A DNA stretch of 21,718 bases from an uncultured Nitrososphaeraceae archaeon (GCA_963837175.1 CAWIMJ010000035.1:1-21718); one strand, 5' to 3'; positions 1 through 9,789 are shown, numbered from the stretch's first letter. Numbers and translations: made by a program. Notes: a model not told the origin generated them from the letters alone.

Positions 1-28
1 AATTGAATTCAAAGTCTATCCTTCTTAG

Positions 29-1001
29 CTCTTGTCTATTACAGTGTCACAAATCGATTATACAACATTACTTTCAGTCCTGCTTCTACTTTCTGTGTTT
101 TAAATTTCTTTGAAAGAATGTCTTCACCAAGTACTCTTTTGATAGAAGAAAATACAATCTCTGCAATCCATCTTTTACCTGTATCCTTTAACTGTCTCCA
201 TCCTTCATATCCTAGTTTCTTGATAAGCAAGACTTCGTCTCTTCGTAATGGACATCCTTTTGTTTTAATAGACGCATTCTTTCTAATATTTATTGCAGGT
301 TCAATATTCAAGTCGTCTAGCAGGTTAAAACTTCTATTATCATGAGCCTTATCAGCATAAACCATGTCGATATTATAACTTTGAGGCAGCTTCTTTTACT
401 AGAGGACAAAACTTTTTGGAATCATGCACATCTCCTTTTGTTATTCTGAATGATAATACTACCTTCTTTGATTTCTCATCTACAGACAGCAATGTGCAAC
501 TTTACAAATTCCTTCTTTTCAAGTATCCATTTTTCTTCTATGTAGTCACCTTTCTTTGATATGGTTAAACCTGATGCATCGACTATCAATGTCAGTGGCT
601 TATTATTATTATTATTATCATCATCATTATGTTCTTCTTCAAAACCTAGATTTTCTACAGATGGCTTAATATTTTGTATTCTTCTCCTAATATGTGTAAA
701 ATGCATTTCTTCAATCCTGATATAATCAGACAGTCCTCTTACAATTCCTTGGACAGTTCTATAAGCAATCTTGAATCCAATCTTAATAAATGCTAGAAAA
801 TGGATGTAACTATCAGAGTATTCAAATGGAGCTCCTACCTTTCCTTTATTCATCTTCACAATCTCCTTATTCGATGATTTTAGAAATCCAACATCCATAG
901 GTACACGTCCACGTTCAATCAATGATTCATTATAATCATGCCAGGATTTGTTTAGGGCATAACCTGATTCTCATAGATTTAAAATAATAATGCTACAAAC
1001 T
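29..1001 (-). mobile_element. Degenerate IS5-family (IS903-group-like) insertion sequence
   Basis: Contains the broken transposase. Degenerate terminal-repeat candidates at 986-1001 (rc AGTTTGTAGCATTATT, 12/16 identical to the GCTTTGTTGCATAATT end of the 7253-7390 MITE) and ~29-42 (GCTCTTGTCTATTA). Boundaries approximate. Confidence 0.6.
39..960 (-). pseudogene. IS5-family DDE transposase, frameshifted
   Basis: Motifs SWHDYNESLIERG, LIVDASGL, KLHIAVD, GDVHDS (off-frame, ~420-440), VYADKAHD and RWIAEIVFSSIKR. Frameshifts near ~483 and ~375, plus a disrupted start near 955. Confidence 0.9.
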
Positions 1002-1462
1002 AATTTCAAAGCTATACATCTATATGCTTACTTTAATCTCACGATACTTAGTATATTGAGATACTCCTAGAATTTGTATATTAGTCTATATGATCAGGTT
1101 TGAATATACATATGAGAAAGGAAAAATACAAGAACCAAAGTTTGATGTTGATGATCTGTTTGATGTAGGTATAATCGCTTTTGCTATATAATTAGTCTTA
1201 TCCGACGCAAAAAAGGAAATCTCATAGGTTCAGATAAAAAGTATTCATGATATCGACCAAGCATTAACTGACAAACAAATAGTAGATAAAATACTGGAAC
1301 AAGGACTTGACGATGAATAAAGTATAAAGACAGACAGATTGGTACAATTTTTATCGGTATAAAGATAAAGTCAGAATAGATGATTTAAGGTTTTATTAGA
1401 GCAACTTTATCAAATTATTCATTAAATTAAAATCTAATAACAAAGTATAAATCTTTGTTTCA

Positions 1463-1470
1463 TTATATAT
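1463..1470 (+). promoter_or_regulatory. Putative archaeal TATA box upstream of candidate ncRNA
   Basis: TTATATAT about 25 nt before the first paired base of the structured region. No clear BRE, and the motif is near-symmetric. Confidence 0.35.
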
Positions 1471-1495
1471 ATCAACTGATTAGTAAAATTCGTAA

Positions 1496-1751
1496 GAAGA
1501 ATCTTGACATCATAGACTGATGCAGGTAAAGGCTTGCAAATCTTGTTGTATGATGTTTCCGTTCTTGACTAGTAGGTCTAACTGCCGGCCGAAAGGAATA
1601 GCGAGCGAGCCCCAGTCTACGACGGAAAGGGCAAAACTACAGACTTCATTGGAACCTACTGAAGAATTTCTGTAGGGATGGCCTCCTCTCTTCTACATCT
1701 AGTCGGAATCATCATTTTTAACACAGCAAGTGGTTAGATTAACGGGTCTTC
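1496..1751 (+). ncRNA. Candidate structured non-coding RNA of unknown family
   Basis: Nested helices 1542-1549/1723-1730, 1550-1560/1705-1715, 1567-1572/1699-1704, 1574-1578/1680-1684, 1609-1612/1629-1632, 1637-1643/1669-1675 and 1644-1648/1660-1664. CC-GAAA-GG tetraloop at 1589-1596 and two 5' hairpins. G-U pairs favour the + strand. No ORF; GC above flanks. Confidence 0.55.
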
Positions 1752-1802
1752 AAATTGAATGTGTATGTAGATCATTAACTATATCTTTGATCAGAGGATT
1801 AG

Positions 1803-2708
1803 TTATACCATAATGTTTCTTGAATAGCATACGTTTTTCGCTTCATTTACTTTCAACTGTAGACGAATTGCATTTGCTGTAGATGATAGATAATCTGACC
1901 AGTATTCTTCAAAAGTACCTGCTTGATAATGAAAGGTATTTTTAATGGATATATCAGAAAATCCTGCACTGGCAATTGTATTGTAAAAGTAATCCGGATT
2001 TCCAAGGCTATGAACGGATGGGCTTCCTTTCGCACGTATATCGGGTATGTATTTCAGAATAGAATTCATTATACAACCTAAAATATGGAACCCCTTCTGA
2101 TGTCCCATGGAACAGCTACAGCCAGTTTACTCTATTCCTCTTCCTCCTTCTTTTTCATCATTCTCAATCATTTTTAGTACCTAATTAGGATTATGAAAGG
2201 ACATCAAAGCATATTGACAGATTACTTTACTAAAATGACCAGCAGGAAATCCCAAATTTTCTGCATCCATTTCTATAAATAATCTATTTGATGTATTTAT
2301 AGAGGATTTATACTAACTAACAAAAGTTCGTTTACGTATTTTTCTTAATATGTGAGGTTTACTATGCTTAAAAAATCCTTTTACTTGGTTTTAAAAGATA
2401 TACAAAATTATGTTAGGCAGTATAGTTATAGAAAGAGCAACCCTTGAGATATCGATTCCTATTATTATACCTGAATTACTAAGATAATGTGAAATCTCTT
2501 TTGACACCACACCTATTCCACAACCAACATTCAATACAATATCATCAGTGCTTATTTCAGGAGCTTTCACTAATTTGGTTGTTGATTTGAAAGGCCCGAT
2601 ACCTCTATTGATCCAATCCTTATGATAATTTGGAGCAACATTATTCCAATTTAGTCTGGTATTGATTTTGTACTGAACTGGATCAAATATTTCACAATTC
2701 GATTACAT
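1803..2708 (-). pseudogene. Class I SAM-dependent methyltransferase (UbiE/Methyltransf_11-like), MITE-interrupted and frameshifted
   Basis: Fragments FDPVQYKINTRLNWNNVAPNYH, VLNVGCGIG, IIGIDIS, FIEMDAENLGFP, ICQYALM and FEEYWSDY across several frames with stops. Split by the 112-bp element at 2311-2422. Confidence 0.85.
2311..2422. mobile_element. 112-bp MITE copy 1 (TA target duplication, IS630-like)
   Basis: TIRs TACTAACTAACA / rc TACTGCCTAACA, with TA at 2309-2310 and 2423-2424. 108/112 identical to the reverse complement of 9855-9966. Excision restores the frame LSITKSSINTSNRLFIEMDAE. Confidence 0.92.
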
Positions 2709-3743
2709 TTCTTAAAATCAAATATATTTTTTTATTATTTAGAATAATTATTTTTTCTCTTTTTATGTAGATTGATTAGAGATGAAACATGTCACATTTT
2801 ACATGGAACCACCACCTACTCACAAGAATATAAAATACTGATTTTATGTTGTATAATGCATTATCAATAACATATATCAAAGCACTAAAACAATTATCAC
2901 CAATTTGTTTATGATTAGCAAAGTCTGATTTAGGATACTGCTACAAACAGTGCATTTGTGAAGTAGAGAAGTAACAAGAAAAGTATAGAGATATTCAAAA
3001 ATTCATGTTTAGTTTACGTAGTAACTTTATTTTTGCGTGATGCCTTCCATAATTTTAATTTTTGCATAATGCGATTAATCAGAGTTTTAAGGTTCATATA
3101 TTTTCATTTTCATCCTTTTAGCCTTAAAGGCTTTCGACGATTGATTGATGTAAGAAGTTGGCTATTGTTATAGGGATTACTAGTAGTAGTGAAGTACTTT
3201 AAAATTCTTGGATATGTTTCTGATTGCCTTATCATGTTATTATTCTTATTTTTTCTACTCACCAATAGTACTTTGGAGACACTACTTTTGTGACCAGAAG
3301 AATTGTAGGCTATTCAATGCTCATTGACAAGAGGACGTGATACGTACACAGATGGAAAATCCAAAAATGTGTAAGAAGCATCTTTTGGGATTATATCAAT
3401 TTAAGAAGCAAAAAGGAAGAGCAAGCAAACAACAAGATACCTAACAAGATTCTTAAAATAATAGAATGAGATGTTTGTGCCAGGCATAAAGGAGTACTAG
3501 GATGTGATATGCATTTGGAAATAAGATATAAAATAAAATGAAGGTGTGAATTAAAGAATGCAATTATAAAATGTTAAAGTAAACCATAAACTGTAAACAG
3601 TAGAGAGTAGCAATTGATAATAGCAAAAATACAGTATAGGAATTTCTATGTTGACGTTACTAATTGTTTTAGTCAATACCTGAGTAATTTCAGAAAAGTT
3701 CAAACTTTTATTAAAGCCGCAATCTATATCTTTAACAATAATA

Positions 3744-4289
3744 ATGTATTCTGGCGCAGTAGATGTTCTAGGATCACTGACTGAGAAATTGAAACAGCAG
3801 ATAAATGATACTCAAGATAAGTATGAGTCGTTTATCGATGCGACCCAGCTCTATAAGCAGGGAAAAACGAATGAAAAAGAATACTTTGCTAATATTGGCG
3901 ATTATCTGATTTCAACATCTGCGTTGGATTTTCTTGCGATTCGAGTAATTTTGGAAATGAAGTCAGAAATCGACAAGGGCACATTAACGAAAAAAGCTAC
4001 TGGTGGGATGGCTTCTTCTTCTCCTCCTCCTTCTCCTCAGGCTGGTTTTGGAATAGGGGGCTTAGGTACTGGTGGAGCTGTTGGTGGAGGAGGAGAAGAA
4101 TATGTTATGCCTGTACCGGAGGAGCAAGAACCCACATTCAAGCCAGTAAATATTGAGCTGGAACGACCTTCTAGGGATAGTAGTAGTGGAAAAGAAACAA
4201 CGACAACAATAACTAAAAATTGTATTGTCTGTGGATCAGCAATTCCTAAACAAGCAAAATTCTGCAGTAAATGTGGTAAACTACAATAA
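3744..4289 (+). CDS. Hypothetical protein with C-terminal zinc ribbon
   Basis: 181-aa ORF with a helical N-terminus, Gly/Pro linker and CIVC-x10-CSKC (AKFCSKCG). TTTATTAA TATA-like box upstream. Confidence 0.85.
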   Translation: MYSGAVDVLGSLTEKLKQQINDTQDKYESFIDATQLYKQGKTNEKEYFANIGDYLISTSALDFLAIRVILEMKSEIDKGTLTKKATGGMASSSPPPSPQAGFGIGGLGTGGAVGGGGEEYVMPVPEEQEPTFKPVNIELERPSRDSSSGKETTTTITKNCIVCGSAIPKQAKFCSKCGKLQ

Positions 4290-4330
4290 TTAAAAGATGT
4301 TTAATGACATTCTTTCTATTGGTAAAAGCA

Positions 4331-4531
4331 TTATTGAAAGAATTATGGTGCTATACCGGAAATCGCATTTCTGTATGTTTTGAATATGAGTGGAGAGATG
4401 CAGATAATCCAAACCAATGAATGCGTACACATGGTAACGAACACTGGAAATTGACGACAATGGTTTGATGTGTACATGATATGAGTGCTAATGATTATCA
4501 TATTAAAGAATCAGAAAGCCGTTATCGATAA
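4331..4531 (+). pseudogene. DUF1348 (NTF2-like/SnoaL-like) C-terminal remnant
   Basis: Translates LKELWCYTGNRISVCFEYEWRDAD..Q*MRTHGNEHW/DDNGLM/MSANDYHIKESESRYR*, the recognisable DUF1348 pattern, with a stop, frameshifts and no N-terminus. Confidence 0.8.
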
Positions 4532-4750
4532 TGTACTTGTCTTATATGTCTGTTTATCTATCTGTCTGTCTCCATCTATCTTTATCTCAATCAAACTTAG
4601 TATCGAAATACTTTTCAAATAGTTAGTATAACCATACATGTAGCAAGTAACAGATGAGTTGGCGTGATGAAGAATGCGAAGCAAAATTTTTTGCCATGCA
4701 TTTATCGCTGTTTCGGCTGTATGTGTCAGACAACAAACATCGCTACTGGG

Positions 4751-4779
4751 ATAGACCACGATTTATGACGTGGTTCTAT
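4751..4779. other. Isolated hairpin
   Basis: ATAGACCACG-8 nt-CGTGGTTCTAT, a 10-bp stem with one bulge. Confidence 0.4.
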
Positions 4780-5012
4780 TCTCTATTGTAGTTGATGGTA
4801 AATAATCTAATAGTGAATAAAAGAAATAAAAATTCTAGATAAGACAATATGAAATTAAAACTTATTACTAGGTGCCTAAACCTTGCGACTTAACTTGTGA
4901 GTGAGATGATATCTCCCTATGAAATACTCTTTAATAGCCTGCAAATAACTATTACTAATAATAGTAGTGTAGAAAGTATATAAAGTTCCAATGTTCTAAA
5001 CTAAAAAATACA

Positions 5013-5342
5013 ATGAAAAAAATAATGATAATAACAATAACTTTTGTTATGGCAGTAATATTTGGAGCCATGTTAGCTGCATACATAGGAACTTTGGAAT
5101 CAGTATATGCTCAGACAAAAGCAACAAACTCTAATAATAATACTACTACAACAGGTGTTGGCTCTGCTAGTGATCTAGAAAATATTACTAGAGGCAATAC
5201 TAGTTTATCACAAAACCGCGGTGATATCGCTAATCCAACTATCGGACTTGCGGGAGGATTGGAAAAAGAACAGATCAATGACACAGAAGGTAATATGACA
5301 GCTGCTGATAAAACTGTTGGACTGCTACCATATCATCTTTAA
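5013..5342 (+). CDS. Secreted/membrane-anchored low-complexity hypothetical protein
   Basis: MKK + hydrophobic stretch + VYA|Q cleavage-like motif, Asn/Thr-rich body. AAAGTATATAAA BRE/TATA at ~4973-4984. Confidence 0.75.
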   Translation: MKKIMIITITFVMAVIFGAMLAAYIGTLESVYAQTKATNSNNNTTTTGVGSASDLENITRGNTSLSQNRGDIANPTIGLAGGLEKEQINDTEGNMTAADKTVGLLPYHL

Positions 5343-5371
5343 TAACGATTCAGGATAGCATCGAATTAACT

Positions 5372-6448
5372 ATGAGATACAAACTCCTTGGAAAAAGTGG
5401 ATTACGAGTCTCTGAGCTATGTTTAGGTACTATGACATTTGGACAAGATTGGGGTTCTATGTTAGCTGGGGCTTCAAAAGAAGAATCCAGAAAAATAGTT
5501 GTTTCTTTTATAGAAGCAGGGGGGAATTTTATCGATACTGCAAATATATATCAAATGGGAACCAGTGAAAAATATGTTGGGGAATTCATAGCAGATAAAC
5601 GAGAGAAATTTGTTGTAGCTACAAAATATACTATATCAACCAATCCTGACGACCCTAATGCAAGTGGAAATCATCGCAAGAATCTAGTTCAATCTGTTGA
5701 AGCGAGTCTTAAACGATTAAACACTTCGTACATAGACCTTCTTTGGATTCACGTATGGGATCCTATGACTCCAATTGAAGAATCCATGAGAGCATTAGAT
5801 GATCTGGTAAGGTCAGGAAAAATTCTATATGTAGGAATATCTGATGCTCCAGCTTGGGTTGTTTCACAAGCAAACACTATTGCAGATTTACGTGGTTGGT
5901 CGTCTTTTGTAGGAATTCAGATAATGTACAGTCTTATTGAAAGGACTCCTGAAAGGGAATTATTGCCTATGGCTCATGCGCTAGATGTTGGTGTAACAGC
6001 CTGGTCACCTCTGGGTGGAGGAGTACTCTCGGGAAAATACAGCAATGAAAAAAAACAGAATAATAAAGAGGAAACAAAAAGACTGCAAGTTGATAATCCA
6101 ACCACTGCCACTTTCGTGAACGAGAGAAACCTTTCCATAGCAGACGAAGTGCGAACAATATCACAAGAAATTGACAGGACTCCATCTCAGGTAGCCCTAA
6201 ACTGGATAAGACAACAAAACAAGAGCAGAGGAGTTATAATACCAATCATAGGAGCCAGGACAGAAGGTCAAATAAAAGATAATTTAGGTTGTCTAGACTT
6301 TGAACTAAGTGCAGATCAATTGAAAAGATTAGATGAGAAAAGTAGGATTCAATTAGGATTTCCCCATGACTTCTATGAAGGTATTAGAGCTTTTACATAT
6401 GGCAAATCATCTTCACTAATAGACTATCATAGGGCAGCTATTCTATAA
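5372..6448 (+). CDS. Aldo/keto reductase
   Basis: Motifs LGKSGLRVSELCLGTMTFG, GNFIDTANIY, VVATK, SLKRLNTSYIDLLWIH, GKILYVGIS, AWSPLGGG and IPIIGA. Confidence 0.96.
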   Translation: MRYKLLGKSGLRVSELCLGTMTFGQDWGSMLAGASKEESRKIVVSFIEAGGNFIDTANIYQMGTSEKYVGEFIADKREKFVVATKYTISTNPDDPNASGNHRKNLVQSVEASLKRLNTSYIDLLWIHVWDPMTPIEESMRALDDLVRSGKILYVGISDAPAWVVSQANTIADLRGWSSFVGIQIMYSLIERTPERELLPMAHALDVGVTAWSPLGGGVLSGKYSNEKKQNNKEETKRLQVDNPTTATFVNERNLSIADEVRTISQEIDRTPSQVALNWIRQQNKSRGVIIPIIGARTEGQIKDNLGCLDFELSADQLKRLDEKSRIQLGFPHDFYEGIRAFTYGKSSSLIDYHRAAIL

Positions 6449-6538
6449 GATTTTTTTATTGTAAATCAATGATATAGTTATGGTATATAATGCCAGTTAA
6501 TGGTAAAGATATATATATCTGTATTGCGTAATATATAC

Positions 6539-7111
6539 ATGTCATCTAAAAAAGAAGAACAAGAAAACAAGACAACAGTAACAACATCAACTACAGCATC
6601 ACCATCTCAACAACTACAAGAACAACATCACTTAGTGAGCAGATCATTAGATGAGACCAGAGACAATATTAGAAGATCAATAGATGAATCTAGAAGTCAA
6701 ATTCCACGTTATACGCACGCGGTTAGTGATTATCAAGAACAAACTATTCAAGCTGCTAGAGAAATAGCTGATAATTATGTAGAATCACAAAAACAAATTA
6801 TCAATTCATTGACCCCATATGTGCAGAATGTAAATGAAATAACAACAAATTGGCCAACACTATTCTCTCCAACAAAAGTATCTGAAGTATATGCAAACAT
6901 TGTCAGCAATCTTGCGAATAATGTCATTACTGCAACGAGAGTAATAAATAACATGGTATTTGCAAACATGGAAGCATTCAAAACATCAATGCAGCAAGCA
7001 AAAGATAGTGCGAAGGAATTTTCAAGAATAGGTGTTAATACTGCAAAAACATTTGAACAAACTTCAAGAGATAATAACGCAAGACTAAGCGGCAAAGTAA
7101 ATATTGTCTAG
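6539..7111 (+). CDS. Amphipathic all-helical hypothetical protein (phasin-like)
   Basis: ORF 6500-7111, more likely starting at 6539 (MSSKKEEQ) after a TA-rich box. Gln/Ala/Asn/Ser-rich helical pattern, no TM segment. Confidence 0.75.
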   Translation: MSSKKEEQENKTTVTTSTTASPSQQLQEQHHLVSRSLDETRDNIRRSIDESRSQIPRYTHAVSDYQEQTIQAAREIADNYVESQKQIINSLTPYVQNVNEITTNWPTLFSPTKVSEVYANIVSNLANNVITATRVINNMVFANMEAFKTSMQQAKDSAKEFSRIGVNTAKTFEQTSRDNNARLSGKVNIV

Positions 7112-7252
7112 AAATACAAAAAAACAGATAGAGAGATTTTGTTCTCGATCTCTTCGATGAGTCTTGGACATGAGTGAATTCTATATTCAAATAGATCTTA
7201 AGTTCTGACTTCAAAGAGACGATGCCAACAAATCCTTGTTTGTGGCGAAATT

Positions 7253-7390
7253 TGCTTTGTTGCATGAATCTGATATTAGTCAATAAGTTTGAAAAACTTT
7301 AATCAAATGACAGATATCACTTCTGAGCTATTCATAGTTGATCCTGAAACCACCTAGAAATGACGGTTTTCTGAATTATGCAACAAAGCA
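7253..7390. mobile_element. 138-bp MITE with IS903-like terminal inverted repeats
   Basis: Ends TGCTTTGTTGCATGAATC and rc TGCTTTGTTGCATAATTC (first 13 bp perfect). 8-bp direct repeat GCGAAATT at 7245-7252 and 7391-7398. Confidence 0.9.
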
Positions 7391-7470
7391 GCGAAATTCA
7401 TAAGATATTTATCATGCTTTTAAGATTGCCGTAGGGACTTCCATCTATTATTATACCATTCTCTATAAAT

Positions 7471-7844
7471 TCACCAAAACACAATCTTCTTCTGCCATTC
7501 TGATAGTTTATTGTATCGTGGTTTATCTGTAATTAGACCATCACTTTTTATAATTTCAGGTGATGGATTACCACCAAGGAAGACTGGAATTATGTCATTA
7601 TTCTTGTATAGTTTCTTGATAGATTTATCAAGATGTTCTATAAATTCTTCAAATATACCGTTAAGATATACAAGGTCACTTATTGCTACTGGAGAGGTCC
7701 TGTATTCAAATTGGCATATGCCATATTCATAATCAAGAGGATGGCTAGTTCCTTGATGTTCTTTGATTAATGTTTCTGCATTAACTGGTATTCCAGTTTT
7801 AAAGTAAGCATGCTTCAATTTCTACTCCAACTCTGAAATTTCAT
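7471..7844 (-). pseudogene. Glutamate--cysteine ligase-like (GCS2/YbdK) N-terminal remnant
   Basis: Off-frame FRVGVEIEACLL, then EYGICQFEYRTSP, PVFLGGNP and ITDKPRY. Frameshifted and truncated. Confidence 0.7.
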
Positions 7845-8072
7845 CAATCCTTTCAGCATCATAATGCACTCTATTCTTTAGGCCTTTTGTTTGAATGGTA
7901 GTAGAATAACCCAATTCAATACAACACACTATTGTATTATAATTCTAAATAGTTTAAGGTTATATTAGAACTGTGAACTTATTACAAGTGAAAGTAATAC
8001 TTTAACTATTAACTAACTAGTTTTGATAAATACCCGATTTATATTAGGACAACAACCAATCAACATTTACGA

Positions 8073-8351
8073 ATGAGTTACAGTAGAGGCAGCAAGTATG
8101 GTCATGGTAGAGGCAGGAGTTATGGGGGCGGTGCTGGTAGAAGCTTCAATAGAGGCTCTCCTAGTCCAAAACCAGTCGAAGTAGGTAAGGAATATGAAGT
8201 AGACATTACTGAAATCAGTAGACAAGGAGATGGTGTTGCAAGAATCCAAGGATTTGTAGTATTTGTGGAAAATGGAAAAGTTGGAAACAATATCAAGGTG
8301 AAGGTAACTCAAGTAGGAGATAGATTCGCTAAAGCAACAATTGTAGTCTAA
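8073..8351 (+). CDS. Single TRAM-domain RNA-binding protein with Gly/Arg-rich N-terminus
   Basis: PKPVEVGKEYEVDITEISRQGDGVARIQGFVVFV...VKVTQVGDRFAKA, typical of archaeal stand-alone TRAM RNA chaperones. Confidence 0.93.
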   Translation: MSYSRGSKYGHGRGRSYGGGAGRSFNRGSPSPKPVEVGKEYEVDITEISRQGDGVARIQGFVVFVENGKVGNNIKVKVTQVGDRFAKATIVV

Positions 8352-8363
8352 GCCATAAAATAC

Positions 8364-8412
8364 GGTTCGGTGGGATGTGGGACAGAATTGACTCTATTTT
8401 TCCACCCAGACT
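8364..8412 (+). repeat. Hairpin element (GGTGGGAT...TTCCACC) with ACAGAATTGAC centre, 3' of TRAM gene
   Basis: GGTGG 8369-8373 pairs with CCACC 8402-8406, with a G-U-rich inner stem. Central motif is shared with rc 9781-9791. Confidence 0.45.
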
Positions 8413-8984
8413 ATATTAGTCAATATATATGAATTCACATGATTAGCGAGTCAAGTGAGATTAATTCCCAATATGTAAAAGGGATCTGCTGTCTGCGAAG
8501 CTATTTTGAGTAAATATACTTAATATTGGATAGAAAAGTCTACTACAAAAGCTATAGCTCATGTAGACAAGAAAATAGATTATTACATGGTACAAAGACA
8601 AATTGTCAAAGCTTTAGGTAGGTATATAGATATAGAAGATCCAATATACACGAAATACGCTAGTACGAGTTTTCATTCATAACCTGGATGCCCATATCTG
8701 TTAACGTTACCATATACAAGACTGCACTACAGAGGTATCAATGTACTAGTCATTGCATATATCTGACAACTAAACTCCTAAGGAGCAGCATTGAACATAT
8801 GAGTATTATTGAAAGTTTCGGACCAACTGCAGCCATTATGTTAGGAACCTTTATGCCATATCTCAAATAGCTCTAATTGACGAGAAAATGCTTTGTCTCA
8901 ATAATCTTGTTCGTTGCTGACAAGTTTTGTAGCAGCATATAGAGGGGCTATACAGCCCTCATCTTAAAAGCATGTACCAGAATT

Positions 8985-9134
8985 TCATTTGTTGCTTCTA
9001 TCCTTGTTGCTAAATGTATCCTCTTCTTGTTCAACTTCTTCTTCATCTTCTTCATCTTCCAATTCTTCTTGTTCTTCATCTTGTACTTGATGGGTTTCAT
9101 CTTTAATTTCTTCTCTCTCGCTTTCTTTACTCAT
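8985..9134 (-). CDS. Hyper-acidic 49-aa microprotein
   Basis: MSKESEREEIKDETHQVQDEEQEELEDEEDEEEVEQEEDTFSNKDRSNK*. TTTATA box ~15-20 nt upstream; paralog at 10530-10616. Confidence 0.6.
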   Translation of the reverse strand: MSKESEREEIKDETHQVQDEEQEELEDEEDEEEVEQEEDTFSNKDRSNK

Positions 9135-9789
9135 AGTTATCAGTTAATGTATAAATATACATACTTATTCTAGGTATCTTCTGGTTTATTCACTTAAAGC
9201 ATCAAGACAAGTCATCATAACTATTTGCTTCCTTATCTAGGCTGTATTCACTAGCAACAGCAGTACGTAATGCAGTAGTAGTCTTTGTAAAGCTAGGATT
9301 GATAGACAGATATCCATAATATAGTAAAAGCTTTGTATGGTTCAGTAACTCTTCTGTGCTAAAGTGAACAGAAACTACCATCATTGAATGCTGCCAATTC
9401 CACCTTGTCTTCTTTCCTTGTTCAATAACTGATAACTTTCATGATAAACTTGTTTGTAAATGATACAGAGAGGATATATAATTTTAATTACAAGTGCTGT
9501 TTTGGATGTTGCAGGTATAGCTTTAACAGGCAGCATATGGTATTAGTTTAGCTCGCTTAGTCTTGAACGACAATATTATTTTGAATCGATGTTTCCATTA
9601 GGAGGAATACCAGAAGATCTTAAGGAAGAGGCGAATAAGTGGTATTCTGATTCCATACACTAATGTATTGCATCCCACCGAATTCGTACCAACGTATATT
9701 CGCTCATTGTATCTTTAAAGAATAAGCAAGATATCAAATTTATGTCAAATTTGATTCAGACCTTTGGGTTATGATTCAACGTCAATTCC

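Noticed and set aside
1090-1320. Protein-like + strand frame with two internal stops (MIRFEYTYEKG...LEQGLDDE)
   Set aside because: Possibly a pseudogene, but no recognisable family.
1486-1708. Group I intron reading of the structured region (GTTCTTGACTAG ~ R element, CATCTAGTCGG ~ S element)
   Set aside because: No convincing P3/P6 or bulged G-site in P7, no host exon, and the long flanking helix is incompatible with the group I fold.
1496-1751. Calling the region SRP RNA or RNase P RNA
   Set aside because: Lacks a recognisable SRP helix-8 motif and the RNase P GAGGAAAGUCC / ACANAA conserved regions.
9135-9437. 12-bp inverted repeat AGTTATCAGTTA / TAACTGATAACT about 290 bp apart
   Set aside because: AT-rich, no TSD, and plausible by chance in 21 kb.
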